Of a stretch of DNA of 64,000 bases, positions 12,535 to 23,962 are shown piece by piece. This DNA comes from Macrostomum hystrix (taxonomy: Eukaryota > Animalia > Platyhelminthes), in NCBI GenBank assembly GCA_950097015.1, contig CATNEN010000038.1:34720001-34784000 (forward strand), in the 5' to 3' direction. The number at the start of each line of letters is the position of its first letter. Within the stretch, counting starts at the first letter, position 1. The position numbers and the translations under genes are program-made. The notes beneath the pieces are model-generated. The model made no database searches. It was not told the DNA's origin and saw only the letters and a program-made list of their open reading frames with translations.

Positions 12535-15500
12535 TCACGGTGAGCACGCAGCTCCGATTTGTCGCGATTGAATGAGTCCCCGACTCTCCAACCGGCGCAG
12601 TCGTTTCTCAACTAGCTGAGTAGCCTCGGTGAGTATTCGATGATCCCGCGGCGCCGAGGCGATCTCTGCTAGGCCGTGCAGCAGCACCCTGGCTGCTTTG
12701 TACTGCCTGAAGCAGCGCTCGAGCTCGCCGAATGCCTCCTCCAGTGTGGCCGATTCGAACATGTCCACAGCGTATTGATAGATCAGCTTCTCGGCTGACA
12801 GATCGTTGGCCAGCTGTTTCTGCAGCTGACTGTCTGCCACCGAGGTGGTGTGACGCTGCAGCTGCTTGCACCTGAGCCAGTTAATGAGGTGACATGAGAC
12901 ATGCTGGCATGGTCCCTTCTCTGATGGGATTTTATAAGCCCGCATATTTTGTTCTAGAGTGCCCAGCCTAGTTCCAGATGTGCCGCTTCCAAGCACTATA
13001 TGATAGGGATTCTCTGTTCTAGATGATAGGGGATTCTCTGATCTTGATGACGGGAATTCCTTTTTCTAGATGATGGGGATTCCTTGTCCTAGATGATAGG
13101 GATTCCTTGTTCTAGATCAGGGGTAGGCAAACTTATTTGCTGGCGGGCCAAAGAGAGAGCCTAAAAGACGACAGCGGGCCGCATTGACTGTATAAATATG
13201 AGATAGGGGAGAGATGAGACACGGGAGAGATGAGACACAGGAAAGATGGGACACGAGAGAGATGAGACACGGGAGAGATGAGACACGGGAGAGATGGGAC
13301 ACGAGAGAGATGAGACACGAGAGAGATGAGACACGGGAGAGATTAGACACGGGAGAGATTAGACACGGGAGAAATTAGACACGGGAGAGATTAGACACGG
13401 GAGAGATTAGACACGGGAGAAATTAGACACGGGAGAGATTAGACACGGGAGAGATTAGACACGGGAGAGATTAGACACGGGAGAGATTAGATACAGGAGA
13501 GATGAGACGCGAGAGAGATGAAACAGGACACTGTAGATGTCAGAAGGGGCAACGGGCCGGATTTGGGAGCTTCGAGGGCCGCATCTGGCCCGCGGGCCGG
13601 AGTTTGCCGACCCCAGCTGTTCTAGATGATAGGAATTCCTTTTTCTAGATGATGGGGGATTCTCAGTTCAAGATGAAAAAGGATTCTCTGTTCTTGATGA
13701 CGGGGATTCCCTCTTCTTGATGACGGGAATTCCCTATTCTTGATGACGGGAATTCCCTGTTCTTGATGACGGGGATTCCCTTCTAGATGCCGGAAATTCC
13801 CTTTTCTAGATGATAGGTGATTCCCTGGTCTAGATGACGGGGATTCCCTTCTAGATGACGGGAATTCCCTTTTCTAGATGATGGGGATTCCCTGGTTTAG
13901 ATGACGGGGATTCCCTGTTCTAGATGATTGGGAATTCCCGATTGTACCAGTCGATCTTGATTTTGATTATAGGGTTTTCTAGCATCCTAGATAAATGGAA
14001 TTCTAGCATTATTTAATTTAATTCAATAGGTTTCTATAAGGGATTCATATAGCTGTGACGCATTAGCAACGGATTTCTAACTCGTATAATTTTATGACTA
14101 GATCTAAGTTATGCAATGATCCAATATCATACCGAATGTGGCACTGATGATAGTGCCTATTCATGATGGTCAGCAGGTCCTTGACAGCAGCTGTGGGCTG
14201 CAGCACAGATCTACTCAGTTGATCCCGAGCCAGTCGCACGGCGTTGCTTAGGAAATGTTGAATACGCGAGTAGAGCAGCAGCTGCTCAACCTGACGCTGC
14301 AACTCGCTGGGCAGGCCGAGAGCTGAGCTAGCAGCGGCGAGCGGAGCAGACCTGCTCTGGGCCAGCTCGGTTAGATAATCGACAAAGGTTAGTACAAAGC
14401 GCAGCTTTTCAACCGTCTGAACATGCTCGGCGCTCATCAGAGTCTCCTCAGACAGCTCCGGCGCCGCTTCATTATCGGCGTCGTCGTCGTTGGCGAAGTC
14501 GCCAAGATCCCCGTGGCTGCCGCCGGCTCTGGCTGCAGCGGCGTCCAGATCACCCGGCGCGGAAGCGGCAGCCGCGGCGGCCATGTAGAATGGCACCAGC
14601 GAACTGGGTGGTGGCGAGGCGGCGCAAGCGCCGGCGCCGAAATCTACGACGCCAGTTAGAGAGGCCGGAGAGCCGCTGCCGCCTGAGTCTCCTCGTCGAC
14701 GTCGCCGACGATCGAGACTGAATTGAACCTGAAATTAGAAATTTCGGAGTAGCATTGACAGATGTGAAATTTCGGAGTAGCATTCACAGATATTAGAATA
14801 GCAATCACAGATATTAGAATAGCAATCACAGATATTAGAATAGCATTCACAGATATTAGAATAGCAATCACAGATATTAGAGTGTAGCATTCACAGATAT
14901 TAGAATAGCATTCACAGATATTAGAGTAGCATTCACAGATATTAGAGTAGCATTCACAGATATTAGAGTGTAGCATTCACAGATATTAGAATAGCATTCA
15001 CAGATATTAGAGTAGCATTCACAGATATTAGAGTAGCATTCACAGATATTAGAGTGTAGCATTCACAGATATTAGAATAGCATTCACAGATATTAGAGTA
15101 GCATTCACAGATATTAGAGTGTAGCATTCACAGATATTAGAGTGTAGCATTCACAGATATTAGAGTGTAGTATTCACAGATATTAGAGTGTAGCATTCAC
15201 AGATATTAGAGTGTAGCATTCACAGATATTAGAGTAGCATTCACAGATATTAGAGTAGCATTCACAGACCTTCGAGAAACATTCACAGACGTTCGAGAAA
15301 CATTCACAGACGTTTGAGAGACATTCACAGATGTTTGAGAATCGCTTTAAAAAATAACAGCGAATTCTTACCATTGGAGGCGACATTCTAGCCAAGTCAA
15401 ATCCTCCAGCCACAAATTCTTTATCAACGGCGCTAGCCGGAGGCAGTCTACTAACAGCCGTTGTAGACGTTGTCGCAGCTGTAGCAGTTGAAATCCCAAC

Positions 15501-18191
15501 TGTCGTCGGCGTTGTCCCTGTCGTCGTTGACGGTGGCGGCGGCGGCGATGGCGACGGAGAGGGCCGCAGGAGGTTTCTGGAGCGCTCGATGCTGCCAGAA
15601 CCGGCGCCAGTTTGAAATAGGCGAGCGGCGGCGGCTGCGCCAGCCAACGGCTGCTCCTCGACACCGTCTTGACCAATCAGGACGAAGTCGTGACCCGGGT
15701 CTGCTGTCGCACCTGACACAGCGGCTGGCTGCCTTCGCTGCTGCTGCTGCTGCTGCTTTTGAAACACCCAGGCACGAAATCAGTTATTAAAACATACAGG
15801 TGCGAATATTAATTATTTATGCCTGAAGTCGTATAATGTGCATAATTAATGTTTAAAAAATTCCGAAGAATGAATTATCTAGAAGTCAACCAGGTCTAAA
15901 GCCGGTAATTACGCTCGTTAAATTATCTGTTGTGAAATTGATACTTAAAATACCCAAGTGAGAAGTAGACAATTTAACTAACAGGTGACAAATCGACATG
16001 TTAGATAACCAGGTTTGAAGTCGACAATTTAATTAACCAGGTGTCAAAACGACAATTAAATTATCCAGATGTTTAATAGATATTAAGATAACCTGGTTTA
16101 AATCGATAAGTAAAACACAAAGGTGTGAAATTAGTAATTAAAGCGCCATGGTGTGAAATCAATATATAAAACACCAGGATGTGAAATCTTAAAAATGTCA
16201 AGTTTCAATACCAGCTAGTGTGATAACTGTGTAAAGTGTCACACAATCCCATTATAACTTAGTCTAAAAAACAATTCCATTTACCTTGGAGACAACCTGC
16301 TGCTGCGACTGACGCTGGCCAAGCACACTTGGCGTTGGCGGCATAGGCCGACGATGCTGCTGCTGCTGCTGTTGCTGCTGTAGAAACAATGGCGACGATG
16401 CCTCTGACAGTGGCGAAGCGGACAGCATCTTGAGATTGTCGCCCTGAGAGGCCTTCCGCTGCAGCGGCACGGGCACAGCCGAAGCCGGAGCCGGATATAG
16501 AAACGGGTGCTGGTAAAAGTCATCGAAGGTGATCCGATCGGCCGGATTCCGGCGCAGAATTCTCAGCAACAAATCTGTCAACTCAGGCGACGTGTTCGGC
16601 GGCACTCGGGGTCGCAGATTCACATTGCGCTCGTAGAAATCTTTCAAAGCCTGCGGCGTATTGGCGTGAAATGGCGCCGTTCCAGTCAGGCACTGGTAGA
16701 CTATTGTGCCGATGGACCACAGGTCCGCCTTACTGTCGTAGTTCCAGGACATCAGCACCTCGGGCGCCATGTACATCGGGCTACCGCAGAGTGTGCCGGC
16801 CATTTTGCCATCAGCCAGAAATCTGGACGATGCAGTTTTAAAAGGAAAAAATGAGGCCAGAAGGCAGAGATTATGCTTTTTCTCAGGCGATCTAAAGTTG
16901 AACTCAAATAAGTATTGAAACTAAAACTAACAATAACCATGAAATCGAAAACGACACCGCAGTATAAGAAACCAAATATTTACAACCAAATAATTATCTA
17001 ACTCAAACTTGTATCCTCACACCCCGAACCGAAATCCTTAAACTGAATCCAAATCCTTAATCCTCAAACTGAATCCAAAATCCAAATCTAAAATCCTCAA
17101 ACAGAATCCAAATCCAAAATACTTAAACAGAATCCAAAATCCAAAATCCTCAAACAGAAAAAAAATCCATATCCGAAATCCTTAAACAGAATCCAAAATC
17201 CAAATCCAAAATCCTCAAACAGAATCCAAATCCAAAATACTTAAACAGAATCCAAAATCCAAATCCAAAATCCTCAAACAGAAAAAAAAATCCATATCCG
17301 AAATCCTCAAACAGAATCCAAAATCCAAATCTGAAATCTTCAAACAGAATCCGAAATCCAAAATCCTCAAACAGAATCCAAAATCTAAATCCAAAATCCT
17401 CAAACAGAATCCGAAATCCAAATCCAAAATCCTCAAACAAAATCCAAATCCAAAATCCTGAAACAGAATCCAAATCCAAAATTCTCAAACAGAGTCCAAA
17501 ATCCAAATCCGAAATCCTCAAACAGAATCCTAAATCCAAAATCCTGAAACTGAATTCAACTCAGATCCGACCCGAATCTAAACCCCCGATAAACCAAACC
17601 CAGATCCCAACAACCTAAAGAAGAATCCTGGCAAGTTGTTTAGTAAAAAACCAACCTGGCAAAGCCGAAATCGGCAATCTTCACGGAGATCTGGTGCGCC
17701 GGTGGATATTTTTCCCTAGGACTGATTGCGTTCTCCAGACTAGTCCATATTGGCTCAGGCCAGTTTAATAGAAAGTTATGCGGTTTCATATCGCGATGCA
17801 CAACCTGCCTACTAGCAAGGGCTTGCATTGCTCTAGCAATCTGTCTCAGAAAGTGTCTAATAGTATCCTCTGACAGAGTTTTCTTGTCCATCAGATAGCC
17901 GGCAAGATCGCCGCCGTTGCAGTATTCCATGACTAGAAATACCCGATCCTGCGTCTCAATGCAATCCAATAGACCAACAACATTGTCGTGCTTTAGTGTG
18001 CTCAATTCTTTCAATATTTTGATCTCTTTACTTAAAAGATTCTGCGATTTGGCTAAATTCTTCTTCTGAATGACTTTTATAGCCACTTTGCGATGCTGAG
18101 CAACCCTATGCCGGCCTTTGTACACCAGAGCAAACGCGCCATGGCCAATCAGGTCGCGACTGGAGTATTCAAAATCGCCAACTGGCTCCAT
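12535..18191 (-). CDS. ULK1: Serine/threonine kinase ULK1/ULK2 (Atg1/UNC-51), 5 coding exons, ~796 aa
   Basis: Exons 18191-17656, 16822-16285, 15755-15372, 14728-14133, 12871-12535 with consistent phases. N-terminus [37 protein letters not shown]|[24 protein letters not shown] and C-terminal AEKLIYQYA are ULK1/2 hallmarks. Confidence 0.95.
12998..13940. repeat. ~23-24-bp degenerate minisatellite (TCTAGATGATGGGGATTCCCTGT-like) in the last ULK coding intron, interrupted by a MITE
   Basis: Units present on both sides of the 13118-13619 insertion. Confidence 0.85.
13118..13619. mobile_element. hAT/Charlie-type MITE with an internal 16-bp minisatellite
   Basis: TIRs CAGGGGTAGGCAAAC / GTTTGCCGACCCC(AG)CTG; subterminal GCGGGCC motifs; 8-bp TSD TTCTAGAT at 13110-13117 and 13620-13627; internal (GAGATGAGACACGGGA)n at about 13200-13525. 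Confidence 0.9.
14742..15340. repeat. 21/23-bp minisatellite (AGCATTCACAGATATTAGAGT[GT])n, ULK intron 14729-15371
   Basis: Tandem copies fill nearly the whole intron. Confidence 0.94.
17025..17600. repeat. AAATCC-based ~26-33-bp minisatellite, ULK intron 16823-17655
   Basis: (AAATCCAAAATCCTCAAACAGAATCC)-like units. Confidence 0.9.
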
Positions 18192-18317
18192 AAGCGAATT
18201 TGACTATTCTTCACTGATTGTGTGCCAAGCACTACAGAGAACTGCTTGACTCTGTGTGCTATTTCTTCAACTGGAAGGGATTAAAATTAGGCCAACTTTA
18301 TATTTACAAAAAAACTG

Positions 18318-18370
18318 GATTCGAACCTCCGACCTTCAAGTTGTTAGCCCAATGCTCTAACCACTAGGCA
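18318..18370 (-). mobile_element. Fragment (tRNA-like head) of SINE family B
   Basis: Reverse complement GCCTAGTGGTTAGAGC...GGTCGGAGGTTCGAATCC resembles the head at 61528. Confidence 0.6.
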
Positions 18371-19014
18371 AAAACCCCTCACCCAGAACTGGACTATTAA
18401 GACTTAAATTTCAAGACTGCAGCTCTATTTGTCTATTGACTAGTTCATATCAAGCACTGTTTGGTGTTTTTGCATGGACTACCAAGCCAAACAGGGGGTC
18501 AGGGGTGATCCATTTTAAGAGACAATGTATATGTATACATATGAATCAATAGTTAAGTGGTTGACCCAGAAGTAGGTATAACTCTTGCATCAAGGTCCCT
18601 AAGCTCATATCCAAAGCTAAGCCATACTAGTTAAGGGTGAAGCTTTGAAGAGAAAGTGGCAATCCTCTAGTTTTTTGTTTAATTATTTTTCATAAGATAC
18701 TGGCTCTCTTGGATAAGCAAGTATTTACTATCAGTACTTAAAATCAAAGGAGTATTTTAATTGAATAACAGTACCTGGCTGTCTATGGCCAAAACCACTA
18801 TGACAGAAGTCATAGTGTCATAGTGAGTACACTACTAGTATTATATATGAATGGCTTGTTGGTTGTTAAAAGTTGTATTTTTTATAAAGAAGTTGTAAGA
18901 TAAAACATATGAGTACAAATTAAACATGCAAAACTAGAAGGTTGCCAAGAAAGCTTTACTTGACATACAATTTGAATACCCACTGGGGCCAGCCCTAAAG
19001 GCATAGTAAGTATA

Positions 19015-19657
19015 GGGTATTGTATCATCAACCGAACAGTGTATCTTCAAAACCGAACAAGAATTTTAACTCCTTCCTTGGTCTCATGTAAGACAGAAAC
19101 AAGCTATTGTGTTTCACAGAACAACTAATTTAAAAGTCAAAGAAATTATCTATAAGCTGAGGCATGACATGCAATGAAGCATTAAAAGGAAGGAAAGATA
19201 TGGACATTTCAGTAGAAATTTTTATCACAAAAGCATACTTTTTAACAACATTTTATCAGCATGTACTTTAGACTAAGATTGTATTATATGGTGTTTTCCA
19301 ATTAAATGACCAAAAATGTGGTTATTTATAGAGCATGAAAAATGCTATCAAATGACATAATTCATGATAGTTCACTCCTTAAAATAAGATTAAACCACTC
19401 ACTCAAATTGTAAAACCAAACATCGAATTCTCCGTTCAGTTTGAAGATATATGAAAATCATTGTTCGGTTTTAGATGAAAAACATGAAAAAAAATTTCCT
19501 ATTTGACAAAATAGCAAAAGCATATCCTTTTTAGAAAGTTATAAATGTTTTTATAACTTGGCTTTTGATTTATAATCATATCTTAAATAGAAAATCTGTA
19601 GCTTAGGTTCGAAGTTAAAAAAATCCATATTCTTGTTTGGTTGATGATACATTACCC
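19015..19657 (+). mobile_element. Non-autonomous DNA transposon (MITE, ~640 bp, TA-flanked), copy 1
   Basis: TA|GGGTATTGTATCATCAACCGAACA ... TGTTTGGTTGATGATACATTACCC|TA; second full-length copy nearby. Confidence 0.9.
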
Positions 19658-20166
19658 TACTAGCTACTCATAAATCATAATTAGACTTAAATGACAATAT
19701 TGATTTGAAAGTATGGGCAGACATACTTGTTTAATGTCTATCTATGGCACAACATGTTTATGTAAATGCTCAGGGGTAAGCTGAAAGGCATAAATAATTA
19801 AAAACTACTAGTGATCAACTTGTTGTGTTGTGAATTGGGTTGTAAGCAATAGGCAATATATAGGAATACTATACTAAGCAAGACATAGTGATTGAAGGGT
19901 TTTGGGTCAGGTAAATTATGTGTGAATAATAAATAGAATTAAACTTCAATAGATACATGGGGACCTATTGAAGATTAATACTAACTAAGGACTTTTGTGG
20001 GCATCCAAATATATCTGAAATAAACACCATGACAAATGATAGCAACAACTAAATTCTTGCCATGAAGCATCTTGTTAATTTATTCCTAGATAATTGTGGT
20101 TCATAAATGTAGATAATTCAAGACTAGTTTTTTCATAAAAATGACAAGCAAACTAAACTTGTGCTA

Positions 20167-20813
20167 GGGTAATGTATCATCAACCAAACAAGAATGTGTA
20201 TTTTTTAACTTCAAACCTAAGCTACAGATTTTCTATTTAAGATATGATGATAAATCAAAAGCCAAGTTATAGAAAACAGTTATATCTTTCTAAAAAGTAT
20301 CTGCTTTTGCTATTGTCAAATAGAAAAAAAGTTATTCCTGCTTTTTATCTAAAACCAAACAATGATTTTCATGAATCTTCAAACCAAACAGAGAATTTGA
20401 TGTTTGGTTTTACAATTTGAGTGAGTGGTTTAATCTTATATTAAGGAGTGAACTATCATGAATTATGTCATTTGAAAGCATTTTTCATGCTCTATAAATA
20501 ACTACATTTATGGTCATTTAATTGGCAAGCAACCACATACAATCTTCGTCTAAAGTACATAGGCCTACTGAAAAAAATGTTGTTAAAAAGTATGCTTTTG
20601 CAATAAAAATTTCTACTGAACCATCAATATCTTTCTTTCCTCTTAATGCTTCATTGCACATCATGCCTCAGCTTGTAGATAATTTCTTTAACTTTCAAAT
20701 TAGTTGTTCTACACAATAGGCTAGCTTGTTTCTGTCTTGCACGAGACCAAGGAAGGAGTCAAAATTCTCGTTCGGTTTTGAAGATACACTGTTTGGTTGA
20801 TGATACATTACTC
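20167..20813 (-). mobile_element. Same MITE family, copy 2, inverted relative to copy 1
   Basis: TA|GGGTAATGTATCATCAACCAAACA ... TGTTTGGTTGATGATACATTACTC|TA; body is the reverse complement of 19015-19657 with scattered differences. Confidence 0.9.
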
Positions 20814-21942
20814 TATTTACTTTAAATTTATGTAATTATAAAAAGTTACAGTTTAGCCTTTAGCTAAAACACATAGTCAGTGAACAAACAACCCACTAGT
20901 GGGTCTATGACAGTGGCTGAAGTTTTAAGTCAATGGGAAAACCTAAAGTATTTGATAGGATTCATTTTAGTATTTTAAGATCAAAATCACGCAGCCGAGA
21001 TAGCATATCATCTCTGACAATAAAGAGTCTACTAAAGACGCCATATGATATGAATGATGATCGTCGACTCAAAATGATGAAATTAAGAGAACTAATTGAT
21101 TTAAAAGATAAGTTTCCTGTTAAAACAAAAAATAATTATGTTACTGTTTGCTACTGACGGAATGATCCTATTAACTTGAAAAAAGTGTTTAAATACTTTT
21201 TAATTTAGTTCTTTAGATTTTTTGGTTGTATTTTGAAATAAATCTTTTTTGGAAACTTAAGAATTGAAGCCTCCAACGCTTGTACCTGCAGCTGTACACA
21301 TAAAAAATATAAATAATAAATTTGTTTCGTGGGCTTGCGGCCAGAACCGGGAACGCCTTGCGGCGTCACTGCCACCACACCCAATCACCTGGGCCTGGGC
21401 TTGGGTGGAGCAGTTCTTCTTGACTGCATTTACTTGTTTTTTTACATTGAGTTTTGCAATGCAAATAGATGTACAGAATACAGCTATAGCTGTTGTGTAC
21501 ATATATATATACGGCACTACGCATGTTGAACACAATAATAACTAGGACTTAAAGGACGGAAACTACGTTTTTAGAAAAAACGAGGCTGTTTTGGCTGAAA
21601 AATACTCTTTAGAAACTTGGAAATTTTCACGATCTGAACAAATTGAATGACTGCAGCAATAACGTATAATTTGATTGAACGTGAATCAAAGGCTCACTGT
21701 ATGATTTTTAATTAGTTCTCTAATTTATCGATTTATTTCAAGTAAATCGATTCTCTAAACGAATCTCTATTTCTCTAAACAATCGATTTATTTGGATGTG
21801 TTCAGTTTCAAACTGCTGTGGTTATTCAGTTTATCGTTCTTCAATTCCAAAAAATCATCTGCATGTTATGTGGAGAGTTTAACTGAATTAAAAAATATTT
21901 CCTATCCACCTTAGGGGCCTGGTCGTCTGTCCCCTGGCTGTG

Positions 21943-21956
21943 GTTGCCAAGGCAAC
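21943..21956. promoter_or_regulatory. RFX X-box GTTGCCAAGGCAAC
   Basis: One mismatch to the canonical GTTGCCATGGCAAC; about 410 bp upstream of the ATG at 22366. Confidence 0.6.
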
Positions 21957-22365
21957 CAGCTGTATGCGTTCCTGCATGATGCAGACCTACTGCATGCAAC
22001 CGTTCGTTATTGTCCTTAGGCTCCGAGAGGAAGGGAGTTGCAGTTGGAAGAAGGGCGAGAACAGAGAGTAGAACTCAATCATCGATCCGTTCTTTTCGTT
22101 CTAGTTCCCATGGCTCTACTGTCCCTGGATTGATGCTATTGGTTGCGGGAATGCAGGGAGAGCCTGGAACTGACTGAGCTGCCACCGTCCTCCACTACTT
22201 TCATGCTGAGTATACCTGCTAAATTCGGCAACTAAAACTAAGCTGATACAGATTCCTCAATTCCCAGGAAGTAGAGAAACGCCTCGCAATAGGCGAGTCT
22301 TGTGACTCATCCCTTTGATTGTCACTGAGGCTTTATATATTCTCGAAAGCATAACAAGCTATAAA

Positions 22366-23041
22366 ATGTCGACAACCAAGCGCGAAGCTACCTATCAGAA
22401 AACTATGCGTCGAAACTCCCTTGGATTCGAGTTCCCATCGGTCTCCGAGCAGAGGCGCTCCTCCATGGCTGGTCGAAGCAGCTGCGAGTCCAACGGCGGC
22501 TGGGAGGACGGCGATCAAGGAGACAGCGACTCCGCCTTCGTCGACGACGATCTAGAGAGCAGCTGGGACCAGCTGCGGCTGCGTCAGTTCAAGGAGCAGC
22601 TCTCGGTGGTTGAAGAGGCTCCGCCCAGAGGACCCGGCTCACTAATTGTCCGCCTAATGAAGAAGCTCATGACAGGTGAGAGTACTTGAACTTCTGGATG
22701 TACTTTAATCATTAAAAGGCTCTCAGACATTTCTCTCAGATTCATTGTGTTCTCAACCGACATTGCTCAGATTCATTGTGTTCAAATTCAGTCAATTTTA
22801 ACGTCGGCGTTTCAATGTCATTTATCCAGTTAAGCAGCTGTTTGCCAACGGTGGCCTCGACAAATACGAGAAGATAGTTTTGGTTCTAGCTATCCTGCTA
22901 ATCGCTGACACCGTCGCTCTGTCCTATCTGCTGGCCTCCTATCCAGTGTACAGGGACATTCTGAGTCATCTTGGCTTTAACATGCTGTTCAACAGCACCG
23001 GTTCATTCTTTTCAAAAGCCAGCAAACTAAGAGATTTATAA
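22366..23041 (+). CDS. Uncharacterised ~173-aa single-pass membrane protein (2 exons)
   Basis: Exons 22366-22675 and 22830-23041 (phase 1, GTGAGA..CAG). Exon 2 encodes IVLVLAILLIADTVALSYLLA; AATAAA overlaps the stop codon. Confidence 0.72.
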
Positions 23042-23508
23042 ATAAAAAAACGGCAAGTGATGAAAAGTGAAATTGCTTAGGAGTACATTCACTTTCTCGT
23101 GTCGTGCACACAAAACTGCCTATCATGCATGTAATGGGTCCAGTTTTTGCCGATTATTTTTCAATACTTTATAAAATATTTAATATTGATGTAATGTGAA
23201 GCATCACTTTATTTGTTGCTCAACATTTAGCAAAAACTATTTTAACTGACGCTATGCAAAAATTTCTGAGCAACTATACTGAGCAGTGTTGTGTTGTGTC
23301 TGTACATTTTCCATTTTGCATTCACGCTATTTCGGCCTCATTAATAACTTCCTCACGCGAAAGCTAATTTTATATTTTCACTTTTTTTCTATAGAAATAA
23401 CGAATTCGTCTATTAAAGCTCGCAGCTTTACTTTTCTCTCTGAAATATAATATTTTTGTAAACAATTCATTTACTAAACTTTCTGGACTTAAATTCATAG
23501 CTTTATTT

Positions 23509-23855
23509 AAAGTAACGAGGCCCTTTCATGTGCCGCTAAATATTACACCAAAGTAACGAGGCCCTTTGATGTGCCGCTAAATATTACACCAAAGTAACGA
23601 GGCCCTTTCATGTGCCGCTAAATATTACACCAAAGTAACGAGGCCCTTTGATGTGCCGCTAGATATTACACCAAAGTAACGAGGCCCTTGTTGCTCACCA
23701 AATATTTCACCAAAATAACGAGGCCCTTTCATCTGCCGCTAGATATTACACCAAAAGAACGGGGCCCCTTTTTTGACGCCAATTAATTATACTCTTAAAG
23801 AACAAGGCACATTTGATTTGCCGCTAAATAAGAATATTACACCAAAACAAGGCCC
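23509..23855. repeat. 41-bp minisatellite (AAAGTAACGAGGCCCTTTCATGTGCCGCTAAATATTACACC)n
   Basis: About 8 units, degenerating 3'. Confidence 0.9.
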
Positions 23856-23962
23856 TTGTTTAAACAATATATATATAGACGACTTTTTATATGAAATGTT
23901 TTTCAAAATTCTGGAGGAAAATAACTAAACTTTTACCAGTACAAAAGTCAAGTTTATAGTAA

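Noticed and set aside
10996-12575. Three 460-515 aa ORFs in all + frames
   Set aside because: Translations of a stop-free 23-bp satellite; no ATG-led start or domain, and antisense to the ULK 3' region.
23509-23855. CRISPR-like appearance of the 20-41 bp repeats, here and elsewhere
   Set aside because: Units are contiguous with no unique spacers, there are no cas genes, and the context is eukaryotic.
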